DNA of 64,000 nt, taken from NCBI RefSeq assembly GCF_006345805.1, contig NC_043008.1, positions 30,628,001 through 30,692,000 on the forward strand. The letters are read 5' to 3'. Under the pieces are notes generated by a model. It searched no databases, was not told where the DNA came from, and saw nothing but the letters and a program-made list of their open reading frames with translations. Positions 51,798 through 64,000 of this stretch are shown here, piece after piece (position 1 is the stretch's first letter; the number at the start of each line of letters is the position of its first letter). Source of the stretch: Octopus sinensis. Taxonomy: Eukaryota. A program made the position numbers and the translations under genes.

Positions 51798-52290
51798 CGA
51801 GGTGATATCAAAATGTTCCCGGACTAGTTATGTTTAATAAAAAAAATAACTTATTTACTAAAGTTTTAATATCATCCTCTTCGCTTTGCACAGCGATACA
51901 CCTGTCTCAGCTTCCCTGCTACTTTTGGAATCCAGCCTGGAAGTCGTTTTCAGTTAGCGAGTCGAGGACCTTCTGGGAATCACTCTGGATGTTGACAACG
52001 GTGTTAAAACGGAGACCGTTGAGCCAGATTTCATCTAAGGGAAGAGATAGAAGTCTGCAGGTACAAAACAGGCGAATAAAAGGGTGCGGAAGTTGTTTTG
52101 GCGAGAAACTCGCGAGCGAAGCGAGCTTGGTGACTGAGTGCATTGTCGTCGCGAAGAATCCAATTCTTCGTTTTCCACAGATCAGGTCCCTTTCGCTTAT
52201 TGTCCTCCATCAAACGCTTCAAAACATTACAGTAAAACTCTCGACTGACGATCTGGCATTGGATGAGGAATTGTCGATGCCCAATACCAC
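51798..52290 (-). mobile_element. Mariner 3' remnant with TIR
   Basis: TA-CGAGGTGATATCAAAATGTTCCCGGAC end. Minus translation FYCNVLKRL..KGPDLWKTKNWILRDDNALSH..RFNTVVNIQSDSQKVLDSLTENDFQAGFQK. Confidence 0.88.
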
Positions 52291-52502
52291 GTTTCCAGGA
52301 GTGACGCTTATATACGTTTTCGTTTAGAAATGTAAACGAAAACGTGTACTTAATACAGATGATAGATTATATTACTTTGTGTAAAGGAATGATTCAGGGC
52401 ATAGCTCCTCCTTTAAGTGTCACGCGTGGTGATTCCCTGCAACTTACCCTGACTGTCTTCATGCATGAGGCGTGCCTTAATACACATGAAGCATGCATAT
52501 GA

Positions 52503-52571
<69 letters not shown>

Positions 52572-52572
52572 A

Positions 52573-52612
<40 letters not shown>

Positions 52613-52709
52613 AGACAGACAGACAGATAGACAGGCAAGCAGACAGATAGATAAAAAAAACAGAACACTTAACCCGTTCCGCAGTGTTTATATTTACTTG
52701 TATTCACAG

Positions 52710-52812
52710 CTTGAACCGGAATCACGTTATTCAGAGTTTCTCAGGAGTGGAAGAAACATACCTGAACGTTCGATTGCTTGGTTTTGAGAAATAAGGCATT
52801 CGCAGCTTCTAG
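52710..52812 (+). other. Exon-like segment with strong splice signals but stops in all frames
   Basis: TATTTACTTGTATTCACAG acceptor and AG|GTAAGC donor, 103 nt. Confidence 0.3.
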
Positions 52813-53152
52813 GTAAGCTGATTATCATTGGATTATATGTAAGGCTTATACTGCGGTGATTCAGATCAAGTGTCAGAGTTGTTTGCTTTTGACTGTTACT
52901 GGTTACTAGCTGCTACCGGCTGCTGATTGATGCTAAGTACGGTATATAGAAGCAGTTTCCCTTGTTCTTATTAGAAATTTCAGTTGAAGGAGGATTATAG
53001 ATGCATAACTTAAGGAGATATCAGTAAAGTCTCATAGAAAATATTAACAGTTATTGATCTGCAACATTTTCTGTTGTTGGCAGAAGGAAGTAACTTGAGT
53101 TCAGTAAGCTGTTGGTAAAAATGTTATGGGATGATAGTAATCGCTGCTAAGA

Positions 53153-53372
53153 GGGAGGCGAACTGACAGAATCGTTAGCTCGCCAGGCGAAATGCTCTGA
53201 GGTACTTCGTCCGCCTTTATGTTCTTAGCTCAAATTCCACTGGGGCCGACTTTGCCCTTCATCTATTTGGGGTCGATAACATAACTACCGGTCGAGCAAT
53301 GGAACCGGTGTACATTGACTTACAACTTTCCTAGTAATTGCTGGCCTTGTGCCAAAGTTTGAAACCAATGTT
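53153..53372 (+). mobile_element. SINE family B, diverged
   Basis: GGAGGCGAACTGACAGAATCGTTAGCTCGCCAGGCGAAATGC...GGCCTTGTGCCAAAGTTTGAAACC. Confidence 0.85.
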
Positions 53373-55231
53373 AACATTTTCAAGGTAGGAACACCTTCTT
53401 TCCTCTTTAATGACAGTACTAGAAATCTCAGAATATCAAATGAAAAATTTAAGGAAGATCACCTACGACTAATGATGATTTAGAGGTAGTGACATGATGA
53501 TGTAAAGCTGATTAAAATTTTAACGAGATTAGAACCCACTGTCTTGCATTAACAGCGTGGGTAATCTTGCGTATGTGTAGAGATGTGGTAGATTGTAAGC
53601 AAGTCTAACACTAGTTTGAGCACTTTTATGAGATTATACAACAAAAAAGTTGTATTTCTCATCTACCACCTTGTCTTAACGGGAAACTTACAATCTTTGG
53701 ACGATATTTTACTCATCAAGTGTATTGTGGAAATGTAAATAAATGCAAGGTTCAGGTATTTATTCTCTCTATAGTACAATATGAAATTATAAGTTAAAGT
53801 AGATGCCCGCAATCAAAACCAGAAATTTTGCAATGTTACTTATTTAAAAAGCAAACATTTCTCTTTGTTGAAATCAATGTATTGTATTGAGATTTTTAAA
53901 AGATAGAAATTATGTTATTCATATCTCAAATTTAATGATTAATGCTTCTGGTATGAAGCATTGTCTTTTGTTCTCTGTTCTGAAGCATCATTTTATGCTT
54001 TTTATTTTCATTTTATTTTTCCTTTCATCATACTGACAGCAAGATTTTTCAATAATGCTAGCAGTAATTTGTACCATTCTTCTTGTTCTGGAAGCAAATA
54101 AAGTTTGTTTGCATTTCAAAGTTCTTGAATGAGGTTTCTCTAAAAAGAGAAAAGAAAACAAGATATATTATAAATTATCAATAAGATTCAGGTTTAGATA
54201 TTCTTCAGGCTAAAACAAATTTCCAATTTTATGATTTTGAAAAAAAAGGTTTTAACTAATTTGGCAGAATGAACATGAGTATTATTATGTTAATATATTC
54301 GTGTGGCGGTGGGGTATGCTTTTCTAGAATGCATAACGTACAATGACACTGTCAATGCAAGACTGAGGGTTCCAACACGTTACAAGCTTAAACAGCCCTA
54401 CATCATCGTACGATAACCTCTAAATCCTTCTTTAAATGTTTCATTTGATATTCTCTGACTGCTAAAATTGTCATTGAGGGAAAAGAAAATGTTCCTTCTC
54501 CCAAAAAGTTAACATTTTAGGAGAAATTGAGGAGCTCTTCCACGTCTAGTTGAAAAGATACTGTGAATCCTTATTACTTTCAAAGATAGAAATGTCTTTC
54601 ACTGAAATATATTTCACTGATAATGAGCATCTCTTTATGAGAAAGATTTTGAGGCTGTTTCTTTTGCTAGTTTATGAGCCTTCTGGCAACATTTGAACAC
54701 AGATCCTTCCAACTTAATTTTTTTTTTTTTTTGCTAAGCCTCTTCTTTTTTTATGATGGGCTACATGGAACATGGAACTGAAGATAACGTTCAATTTTGA
54801 TTCATTTTCTATTCTTATTTTTCTTGTTTGTTTTTTTTTCTTATTGACTTTCAAACAATGACATTCATCACAGCAACAAGATATCCTTCCTTTCCTAAAA
54901 TGTTTAGTTCGTTTACTAGGAGCAATCAAGTCTAAAATAGTGAGAGTGAGATAGACATTGCATTATCTAATTACATTAAAGACGTTGAAAATCATATTAA
55001 ACTAACGACCAAGAAGTTTGCAGAGAAATATTAACATAACAAGCAACAAAGAATCAAAACTGAGGTGGGGGAACAGATATGTAAGTGAACACAGAAATGA
55101 AAAAATAATATGACACTATCTTTCGAATTTATAAAAAAATATATTCTTCATGATCATAGTAATTAAATTGTGGCAAGAAATTCTGATTTCACAGCTAAAA
55201 TTTGCATCTTATGCAAAACAATGTATATATT

Positions 55232-55378
<147 letters not shown>

Positions 55379-55404
55379 CACACACACACACATATTATAT
55401 ATAT

Positions 55405-55449
<45 letters not shown>

Positions 55450-55762
55450 AGAGGGCAGGGTAGAAGGAGATTTTGCAGGTGTTTGTACTTTCTTTTTTCC
55501 ACGGAGGTATTTATATACAGATGTAAAACTAAAATTTAAAGAAAATAGTAACATTCTCCAATGAAAAGAATTTAGAGGATAGATATTTATAATCAGAACG
55601 CTGAACATCCAACTGATTCCTACAAAACAAATTCCTTTCCCTGCTCCAGTATGAGAATTACTGGGGCGAATTTGTGGTGTTGAGTAATTTTCATTTACTA
55701 AAAATATATTCTATAGGGGGCAACTTTGCTTCAAAATTTCTAATACAGGGTGAATGTAGAAA

Positions 55763-55803
<41 letters not shown>

Positions 55804-55827
55804 GGTTCATTAATTCATTGATTGATT

Positions 55828-55854
<27 letters not shown>

Positions 55855-55859
<5 letters not shown>

Positions 55860-56290
55860 CAGCTCATGCCATCAAAGTTTCATTGGGGTAAAATATACAA
55901 AAGCCAATATACTCATCATGATTACCCGTCTGAAAAAGGTAAACCAGGCACATGCCTCTCATCCATATGTGCGCAACAGCGCATGACCTCGCCGGTGGGA
56001 CCCAGTTAGAATTTTCTCTAGGCTGAGTAGCCCATCCTGCTCAAAAAGTCCCTGACTAAGGTTTGTTTAAGGATGATGAACAAAATAACCACGATTCCAG
56101 GGGAAATCATTCAAATCCCAAAGAATTCCTCTCAACACATGGCTATGATGCTTCCCCACGACTTCTGCTCTTGATCAGAAATGCACATATCGTCAGCCAC
56201 TTAGGGACAGGCTCCACAGTTTAAGGTCAAGCAACTGTACAGCAAATTTGCGTTATGGAGCAGAATATTTATTGTGGCCCATCTTTTATA
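55855..56290 (-). mobile_element. Family D repeat, longest copy
   Basis: 55855-56010 is the reverse complement of 7330-7500 and extends ~280 bp further 5'. The tail passes through (CT)n to (AAT)n. Confidence 0.8.
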
Positions 56291-56302
56291 CCAAGACAAG
56301 AC

Positions 56303-56615
56303 GGGCCGACCAAAGCATTGTGAGTGGATTTGGTAGAAGGAAACTGTAAGAAACCCGTCGTATATATATGTCTGTGTGTGCGTCTGCGTGTGTGTATGTG
56401 TTTGCGTGCGAGTGTTTGTGTGTGTGTGTTTATCCCTCCACCATCGCTTGACAACCAATGCTGGTGTGCTTACATCCCCGTAACCTTAGCGATTCGGCAA
56501 AATAGCCCGATAGAATAAGTTCTAGGCTTAAAAAAGAATGAATCCTGGGATCGATTTGTTCGACTAAAGGCGATGCTCCAGCATGGCCGCAGTCAAATGA
56601 TTGAAGCAAATAACA
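56303..56615 (+). mobile_element. SINE family A, 5'-truncated
   Basis: CGGGCCGACCAAAGCATTGTGAGTGGATTTGGTAG...GCTCCAGCATGGCCGCAGTCAAATGA. Confidence 0.9.
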
Positions 56616-56633
56616 TTGTAAAAGAGACTTATG

Positions 56634-56698
<65 letters not shown>

Positions 56699-56734
56699 GT
56701 TGTTGTTATTATTATTATTATTATTATCATCATT

Positions 56735-56777
<43 letters not shown>

Positions 56778-56799
56778 ACATCATCATCATCATCATTCC

Positions 56800-57140
56800 G
56801 CCTAGATTGACTATGCTGTCCATCCTTTCGATGTCGACAAAATAAGTATCAGTTGAGTACTGCGGTCGTTGTAACCGATTAACCCCATCTCTAGAGGAAT
56901 TGCCGTCCTTGTGCTAAAATTTGAAACCGATATTACGTGCCTAGCTAAGCACGTCGAGTAAAATGCTTAGCGGCATTAAGTCCATCTTTACGTTTTGTGT
57001 TTACATTTCACCATGGTCGACTTTACTTTTTACCCTTTCGTGGTCGATGCAATAACTACAGTTTTAGTACTGAGGTCGACGTAATATACTTACTCCATCC
57101 CCGAAAATGCAATTCTTCTGCCCAAATTTGAAACCAGTGC
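56800..57140 (+). mobile_element. Two adjacent partial family B SINE copies
   Basis: The core GGTCGA..TTT..CTTT...CCTTTCG.GGTCGA and the end CAAATTTGAAACC occur twice. Confidence 0.65.
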
Positions 57141-57290
57141 TACACACAGAGTGAAATGTGGTAGACTGACAAAATCGGTACATACTGGATTTTATAACAG
57201 GTGGTATTGGGAGTAAATATGGTAGATTGGCGGATTTGGTACATGCTAAACATTATAACAGATGGGATTAACTTATTCTTTTTTTATTAC

Positions 57291-57827
57291 CTCTGTTTAA
57301 ACGCCACCAAGATCAACTTTATATTTCATCCATCATATATCTGAACCGATGAAACTGACTGTAACCCACTCCTAAAGTTTTGGATCTTGTGATTATGTTA
57401 GAAATCAGTATTACACGAAAATTTATATCACCAGGATACTCTCCATTTGTTACGACGACTGAGGTTCTGACATAAATTTGGCGTTGAACAGTCGCTGATA
57501 TTTTTACGTATGAGGAGTCGGAGATCGTGGCAAAGGTTACTGTTGTTGATCCACAGACGTCCATAATAACTCAGCCTGTTTTCATGTGTTGTATTTGCTC
57601 CCACAGAAGTAGTCACGGGTAAAACAGGTTCGTTTGTCTGATTATTCCACTGTGAAGATCATTCACTGCCTCCTTGCGGTTATTTCTGGTAACAGAAGTT
57701 GATGGCATGGTATGCAAAATCAAAGTAATAAGGACATAGGTTTTCCCTTTCCTTTCCAATTCTGTTCAAATTCTTTACATATATCTTGAGCACAAAATTC
57801 GCTCCATTCAAGCTATTTGCATACCAC
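57291..57827 (-). other. Exon-like unique segment (537 nt) without an open frame; possible lncRNA/UTR exon
   Basis: Acceptor TTCTCATTCTATTACTTTCAG| at 57828 and donor AG|GTAATA at 57290. Stops in all three frames. Confidence 0.3.
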
Positions 57828-58063
57828 CTGAAAGTAATAGAATGAGAAGAAATACTTATAAAAGGCAGACGACTTTGGCGATGATCACATGATATTTTCA
57901 TTCACGGTGAGAGGGAACATATTTTCAGAAAGGCAAGTGATGTGATTTGATGATATTCTGACACTCTGCAACGCTATACACTTGGTTAAAATCTCTATAA
58001 TATTATACTTTCTTATATAATATAACATAATGTATCATATTATATTGTATTATATTATATTTC

Positions 58064-58105
<42 letters not shown>

Positions 58106-58117
58106 TAAAAAATAAAA

Positions 58118-58150
<33 letters not shown>

Positions 58151-58399
58151 GTGTGTGTGTGTATGTTTGCATATCTCGTGTTTATGTGTGAGTATGTGAG
58201 TGTGTTGGGTGTGTGTGTATGTGTCAGCTGCAATGAAAATACAGAAAAAAAGATAATACTAAAGAAAACAATGCTTTCTAATATTCCATTTGTCGAACAT
58301 TGCCTCTACGATGCTGCTTTCCTTCATTTAATTGGCCTTGCATTTACAATATATATTTATACCCTTTGCGCGGATTTCATACTCATATCATCAAATGTG

Positions 58400-58438
<39 letters not shown>

Positions 58439-58589
58439 AGTAATAAGAGAGTGACCACATGTGATCTATCTCTTATTACTTGTATTAATAATTTTTACTG
58501 TATCCCAGTTTTTTTCGCTAGGCCACTTGGTATTTTAAATTGATGTTATTAATTAATATTCAATTTTTTTCACCCTTATCGTGATTTAA

Positions 58590-58633
<44 letters not shown>

Positions 58634-58699
58634 CAATTGTACCACGTTCTCGCGTTGTTCTTTTTCTTGTTTGTTCTTCTTTGTTTGGATTCACTATAT

Positions 58700-58741
<42 letters not shown>

Positions 58742-58989
58742 CATACGTACATATATATAATAATATAAATAATATATAAATATGTGTTTCGTTTTGGGAT
58801 TTGGTTTGCAATATTCGTTATATCAGTTCGTGTGTTGATGCATATTCTGTTGTGTCTGGGGAGAGTTATTTTCCTTTTGTGCCTTATCATGTAACACACT
58901 CACCGGTAAAATTTCCACTTATTTCTTATTTTTATTTTCCTAAACATGCGCACAAACAAACAAACAAACAAACAGGGAAGGCCAAAAAT

Positions 58990-59165
58990 CATCCGACAAT
59001 AAATCAAAATTCCGTAAATACTATCTTTAATTCTGTATTGACTCGAATGGGAAAATGTGTCGCTCAAAAAGGGCTTTTATTAAATTCATTCAGTTATTAA
59101 ACATAAATAAATCGTAGGATTAAATGGGTTTAATTCACTGTCAAGTGACTTTTGGGCAACCATGT
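58990..59165 (+). mobile_element. Mariner-like 3' end fragment
   Basis: SVLTRMGKCVAQKG resembles the RW.KC...G C-terminus, followed by GTGACTTTTGGGCAACC and TA. Confidence 0.45.
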
Positions 59166-59360
59166 ATATGTATATACATGGTATATATGTATATACATTT
59201 TAAAAAATGTCCTGTTCCTTTGGTTCGTGTCTATGTTTTCGTTTCTCTATGTGTTCGACCTCCCTTTGGTGTCCTGTACTCATATATGCGTGTATATGTA
59301 CATGTAGAGGTAGGTACGTACATATATGTTTATATATATGCATATGTTTTATTTCTTTTA

Positions 59361-59403
<43 letters not shown>

Positions 59404-59639
59404 AGAAAATGGATATAATAACATTGGGAAACTTGTGGTTTTCGCTGGTATGTCTTTAATTAATTAGATAACAAAGAAGGAAGAAGCAGAGATGAAGGTA
59501 GCATTCACGATTGTTTCAATTTACTGGTTTAAGTAAATCTCTATGCGAATATAGATAGATGCACGGTAAGGATGCGAAAGTAATAAATACATATGTGATG
59601 GTAATGTAAGGAAAATGGATAATTCTTACGTTAAACTTT

Positions 59640-60967
59640 GTTCTTGCTCTGGTAAATTCGCTGGGTAGACGTTTGCTTGTAGTAGATTGTTTAGTTTCGT
59701 TGGGTAATTGGGGCGGGGGAGTATTATTTAGGTGCGGGTTTCCTAGTTTAATTAAGCACATTTTTTCGTACGTGTGTATTCAATTTTTTATATTTTACGA
59801 TTAGTTCCCACCGGCGGTGTAGGTGAAGGGGCTAAGTCTAACAGTGTGAATAGGGAGCTAACTCATACCAAATTTTGGGTGGTTTGAAAATGTGTTATGG
59901 CTAATAATTGTCTTATTGCTAGAATTTCGGAAGTTGTTAGTGCTAGGAGGGGCCCTATCTATTTGCAAAATGTATTATTATGGAATTTTGGAGGCGAGTG
60001 GATTTGCGTGTGTTTAGTGTATTTCCTAGTTAATTAGACTTATAGAGATGAGTATTCAAGTTTGGGATTATGAAGGCATAGAGGACTGCATGAATACAAG
60101 AGGGGCTTTTCAACCGGTATTTCGAAAATATATAAAGGCCAACGTGAAGACACGACTTGTCGTTCTCAATTTTCTGTTGAGTAGGGTTTGCTTAGCCGTA
60201 AGTATAGCTAAGCGTTCTGATAGGCAGAGATCGCAGTGTCTATTTGCGGTGTTGTAGAAGCTTGAGCATACGCTAGTTTAAGCTAAACTCTATTTTTTTA
60301 TCCTTAAGTTTCCAAATGTATATACTTAGCACTGTTGAGTTAGCCTTATTCCTATTTTTGAAGGTCGATACTTGTACATTATATCTGAGAATCATTTAGT
60401 TCTTAGTTGCACCTATGTATGATTTCGTCTGGCTGTTTGTGCGGACGTCACACTGGTAAACTACGTTATTTGTCTTACATCTATTTGAGAAATGGCACTT
60501 TGTTCTATCCCTACAGCCGCATAAATAATTAGGTGTTTCTTCGTCTTTTTTTATTGTGGGGGCAATTATTATTCAGGTCTGTACCTAAGTTAGCAGAAGG
60601 CGTTGCGTTAGTGGCGGGGGGGAGGTGCTTAGTCCTATTAGTTGGGCAGTTATTATTTTTATTGTTCACAATCTTTCTAGTTTCGTAGAATTTGTTAAGT
60701 TTTTTTCATTATTCATTCAGGCTATTATTGTGGCTAAGTTATTAGTCAGACTGTGGCCTATTCTGATTTTATTCCTAAATAATTCTGTGTATTTATTATT
60801 AGCGTTTAGGTGTTTGTCTATGATTTTCATTAATGAGCTAACTATATTTGATTTGAGGTGCATGGTATAGGGTAATACGAGCCAGATATTATCGGTGTTT
60901 TGTTTATTTTTTGTATTTCTTTCTTAGTATAGAAGCTTTCTTCCTATACATATACTACCATATATAC

Positions 60968-61024
<57 letters not shown>

Positions 61025-61800
61025 TGTGTAAATATATGTATATACTATCATATATATTCATATTTATACACACACACATATGGCTATGCATACGATAATT
61101 TTTTTCTAAATCTTTCATCGTTCAGTTCGTTTTATTTGCCATCGTTAGGAACTAGCTTAATTTCCCTTGATTGCAGATGACTTATGGATACATTTTAAGG
61201 TAATGTCTAAGCCATAACGTTTTATCAGTGAGAGAAGGCGTATATTCTAACGGTATCTCTAAACTAGAATTTAGCTTGGTGTCGTTCCACCGGCCTTGTA
61301 GTTAACTTTCAGTCGAATTTAGAACGGTAATTAATTAGAGAAGAACCACATAGAACAGAAGTAATGAGAAAGCCTTTCTCAGTAAAATTCCTTTTCGGTA
61401 ATAATTTATGTCTGCTTTCAGGACAATTTTCTGATTTAATATTATTTTCCTTTCTTCAGTCACGCTATGTTTCATGAACCCTATAATCACTGCTGATAAT
61501 TTATACATCTCCATTGATCAAAGGAAACATGATTGTGATACTATACCAGCATTGTTGTCTTTTTGTCATTTACATTGGCTTTACAACCGTATAGCTACAT
61601 GAATGTCATCTGTAGTTTGTCTGTTCTTCAGATGAAAGTTTATTTCCAGGCAGGTGTTCATATACGTTCTTATTTACTGCTGAGGTATTGCAGATGGATG
61701 TAAAGCATGCGATTTGCGCACAATTCTTACGCTCAACCGGATTTGCTTTTTTCTCGTTTCCCTTTTCCAAGAGAAGTTTTTTCGTTGTGTCAATTATTCT
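59640..61800 (-). mobile_element. Penelope-like element (Naiad-like) relic, interrupted by microsatellite at ~60950-61090
   Basis: CGCRDRTKCHFSNRCKTNNVVYQCDVRTNSQTKSYIGAT..STFKNRNKANSTVLSIYIWKLKDKK..HCDLCLSER. Weaker RT-like relics at 61150-61800. Confidence 0.8.
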
Positions 61801-62741
61801 GGCGTTTCAGACAAGGTTCTTATTTTCTTAGGATATTGCACTATTTCTTCTCTCTATCGTTGTGTCTGTGTATAATTATATGAATGTTGTATACGTATAT
61901 ACATGTGTGTATGTATGTGCAGTGTAAGTAAAGTAGATGTTTTATTCAGAACTTTGGGATTTTGTGTATACTGTTTCCAAGCATTTTCTGTTGCCTTTTC
62001 TTCAAATGGCTTCTGTTATATATATTGTTGCACATTACAGTGCCAAGAGATGATTAAATTATTTCTGTTGTCCTACGTATTATTTCATTGTTTTTATGTA
62101 TTTATTTCTCCTCCCCTATTTTATTTCAATTATTAGGCTTCCTTTTCGTCTGGGGGCTTCTCAATTTCCCAAGCTTTCTTACATAATTCCTTTAATTTCC
62201 TCGTCTACTCGAACCATTTTATTTTGTATGAATTGTTTGATTCTTGACTCAAAGTCTTCAGGATTTGGCTTTCGCCTGTCGAATTAATCTTTCTTTTATT
62301 TCTTTGTGTTCCCGTTCTTCCTTAATTGTAAGTCTTCCAAACAGAAGTACTGTTTTGGTGAATATATGTTGTTTTTTTTAAAGTTTTTTTTAGTATATAT
62401 TTTATCTCTCTCCTTGTTTCCTGATTAACTACTCTTTTTGTTTCCAGGCAGGTTTTACTGAATGTTTTCTTATTTTCTTTCCTGTCTTGACACCCTTAGC
62501 TTTAGCTGATACATCCACTTTCGTGTTTACTAGTTGATTCGACGTAACTTTATCTCATAATACATGCTATATCTATACCATTTACACACGCCAATAAAAG
62601 ACCTCTCTGTAGTCGCTCAACATATTGGAAATTATAGGATAATGTAGTCTTAGATAGGATTAGTCAAGAAATTGTAATCCTAGATATATTTTTTCTGTTA
62701 AAAAAAACTTTACAATGTTTTGTTCCACAATCTATAGCTGC

Positions 62742-63143
62742 AGGGAGGCGGCGAGCTGGCAGAAACGTTAGCACGCCGGGCGAAATGCGTAGCCGTATTT
62801 TGTCTGCCGTTACGTTCTGGGTTCAAATTGCGCCGAGGTCGACTTTGCCTTTCATCCTTTCGCGGTCGATTAAATAAGCACCGGTTACGCGCTGGGGCCG
62901 ATATAATCGACTTAATCCGTTTGTCTGTCCTTGTTTGTCCTCTCTGTGTCTAGCTCCTTGTGGGTAGTGAAGAAATAGGTATTCGTCTGCCGTTACGTTC
63001 TGAGTTCAAATTCCGCCGAGGTCGATTTTGCCTTTCATCCTTTTGGGGTCGATAAATTAACTACCAGTTGCGTACTGGAGTCACTCTAATCGACTGGCTC
63101 CCTTCCCCAAAATTTCGGGCCTTGTTCCTAGAGTAGAAAAGAA
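62742..63143 (+). mobile_element. Young family B SINE in dimeric form
   Basis: Full copy 62742-62982 followed directly by a second body starting TCGTCTGCCGTTACGTTCTGAGTTCAAATTCC, with a different 3' end. Confidence 0.9.
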
Positions 63144-64000
63144 TCTGCAGCTGCCGGATTAATACGGATCTAAAGAACAACAGTAGTAGCACCATTTATA
63201 TTTCTGTGTAATTATTTCTCATTTGCAAATATGTCATATAGTGTCTTTGTTCTGTCCTCAATTTGTATAAATTCTATCAATTTAAATTGTTTCTTTTGTC
63301 TGTTGGACTTTCTATTATGCCATCCTTCATCTGCCAGAGTCAGATAAAAATATATAAATAAATAAAATTATATTAATTCAATTCAGTTCATTAAAAAATT
63401 TACTAAAATCAAATTCAAAAAATAAGATTAAAATAATATAAAAATTTCAAAATTGAAATAAATCATTATTATTTGGTCATGTTAGATTTAATATTTCTCA
63501 CTTCTCTGTTGCTACAATTATTTTGAGTTTTAACGAAGATTCAGATGGGGTTACAACCTTTTGTGTCACGGTGCTTTTATTGTTCCTGTGCACACATTGT
63601 TTTGTATTATCAACTTCCTTTGGTATTTCTACTTTTATAATTTCCTGTTTAGCTCAGATTATTAAGTTCTTCCTTTACAATTGTTCTTAGACGTTTGATA
63701 ATTTCATGCTATTCATTTGTGGACGATTAATGGTGTTTTCCCGTCAGTGACGTTACCTATTTAACGTGGTATTCATATACAAGTTTCTGCACTTGCGGTT
63801 CAGTAATATTTTTTTTTTTACTTATTTACTTTGTTTTGTCTTACCAGTATATCAGAGTAACTTCCTTCTGTCTCTCTTACGTTAGCTCCTGGAACCGAAT
63901 TGTTGATAAGTTTTTATTGTTGTCATCATTAATGGCGGAATTGTTAGCATGTCGAACAAATTTCTTTGCGGCATTTTTCCTGTTCTATATTTAAGAGATG

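Overview
Eukaryotic, very AT-rich DNA saturated with microsatellites (TA, CA, GATA, TAA). The SINE families and repeat landscape suggest an octopus or other coleoid cephalopod (inferred from pattern recognition, no database search). I find no intact protein-coding gene, and most of the ORF track is an artefact of microsatellite translation. The window is a nested transposon graveyard containing: (i) restriction-like-endonuclease (R4/Dong-type) non-LTR retrotransposon copies from about three lineages, all in or beside TAA-type trinucleotide arrays; (ii) Penelope-like elements (PLEs) with GIY-YIG/RT relics and about six hammerhead-ribozyme motifs, one apparently intact (14499-14590, minus) inside a short element built as a divergent inverted pair anchored in (TA)n; (iii) Tc1/mariner relics, including two DD37D (maT-type) elements and two long-TIR elements that host PLEs; (iv) about five SINE-like families, an RTE 3' end and a Helentron-like non-autonomous element; (v) microsatellite-bounded tandem duplications, possibly assembly artefacts. 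There is also a candidate bidirectional promoter with an ATGGCGAA|GTAAGA first exon (~19.2 kb) and several isolated exon-like segments. All alignments, translations and folds were done by eye.
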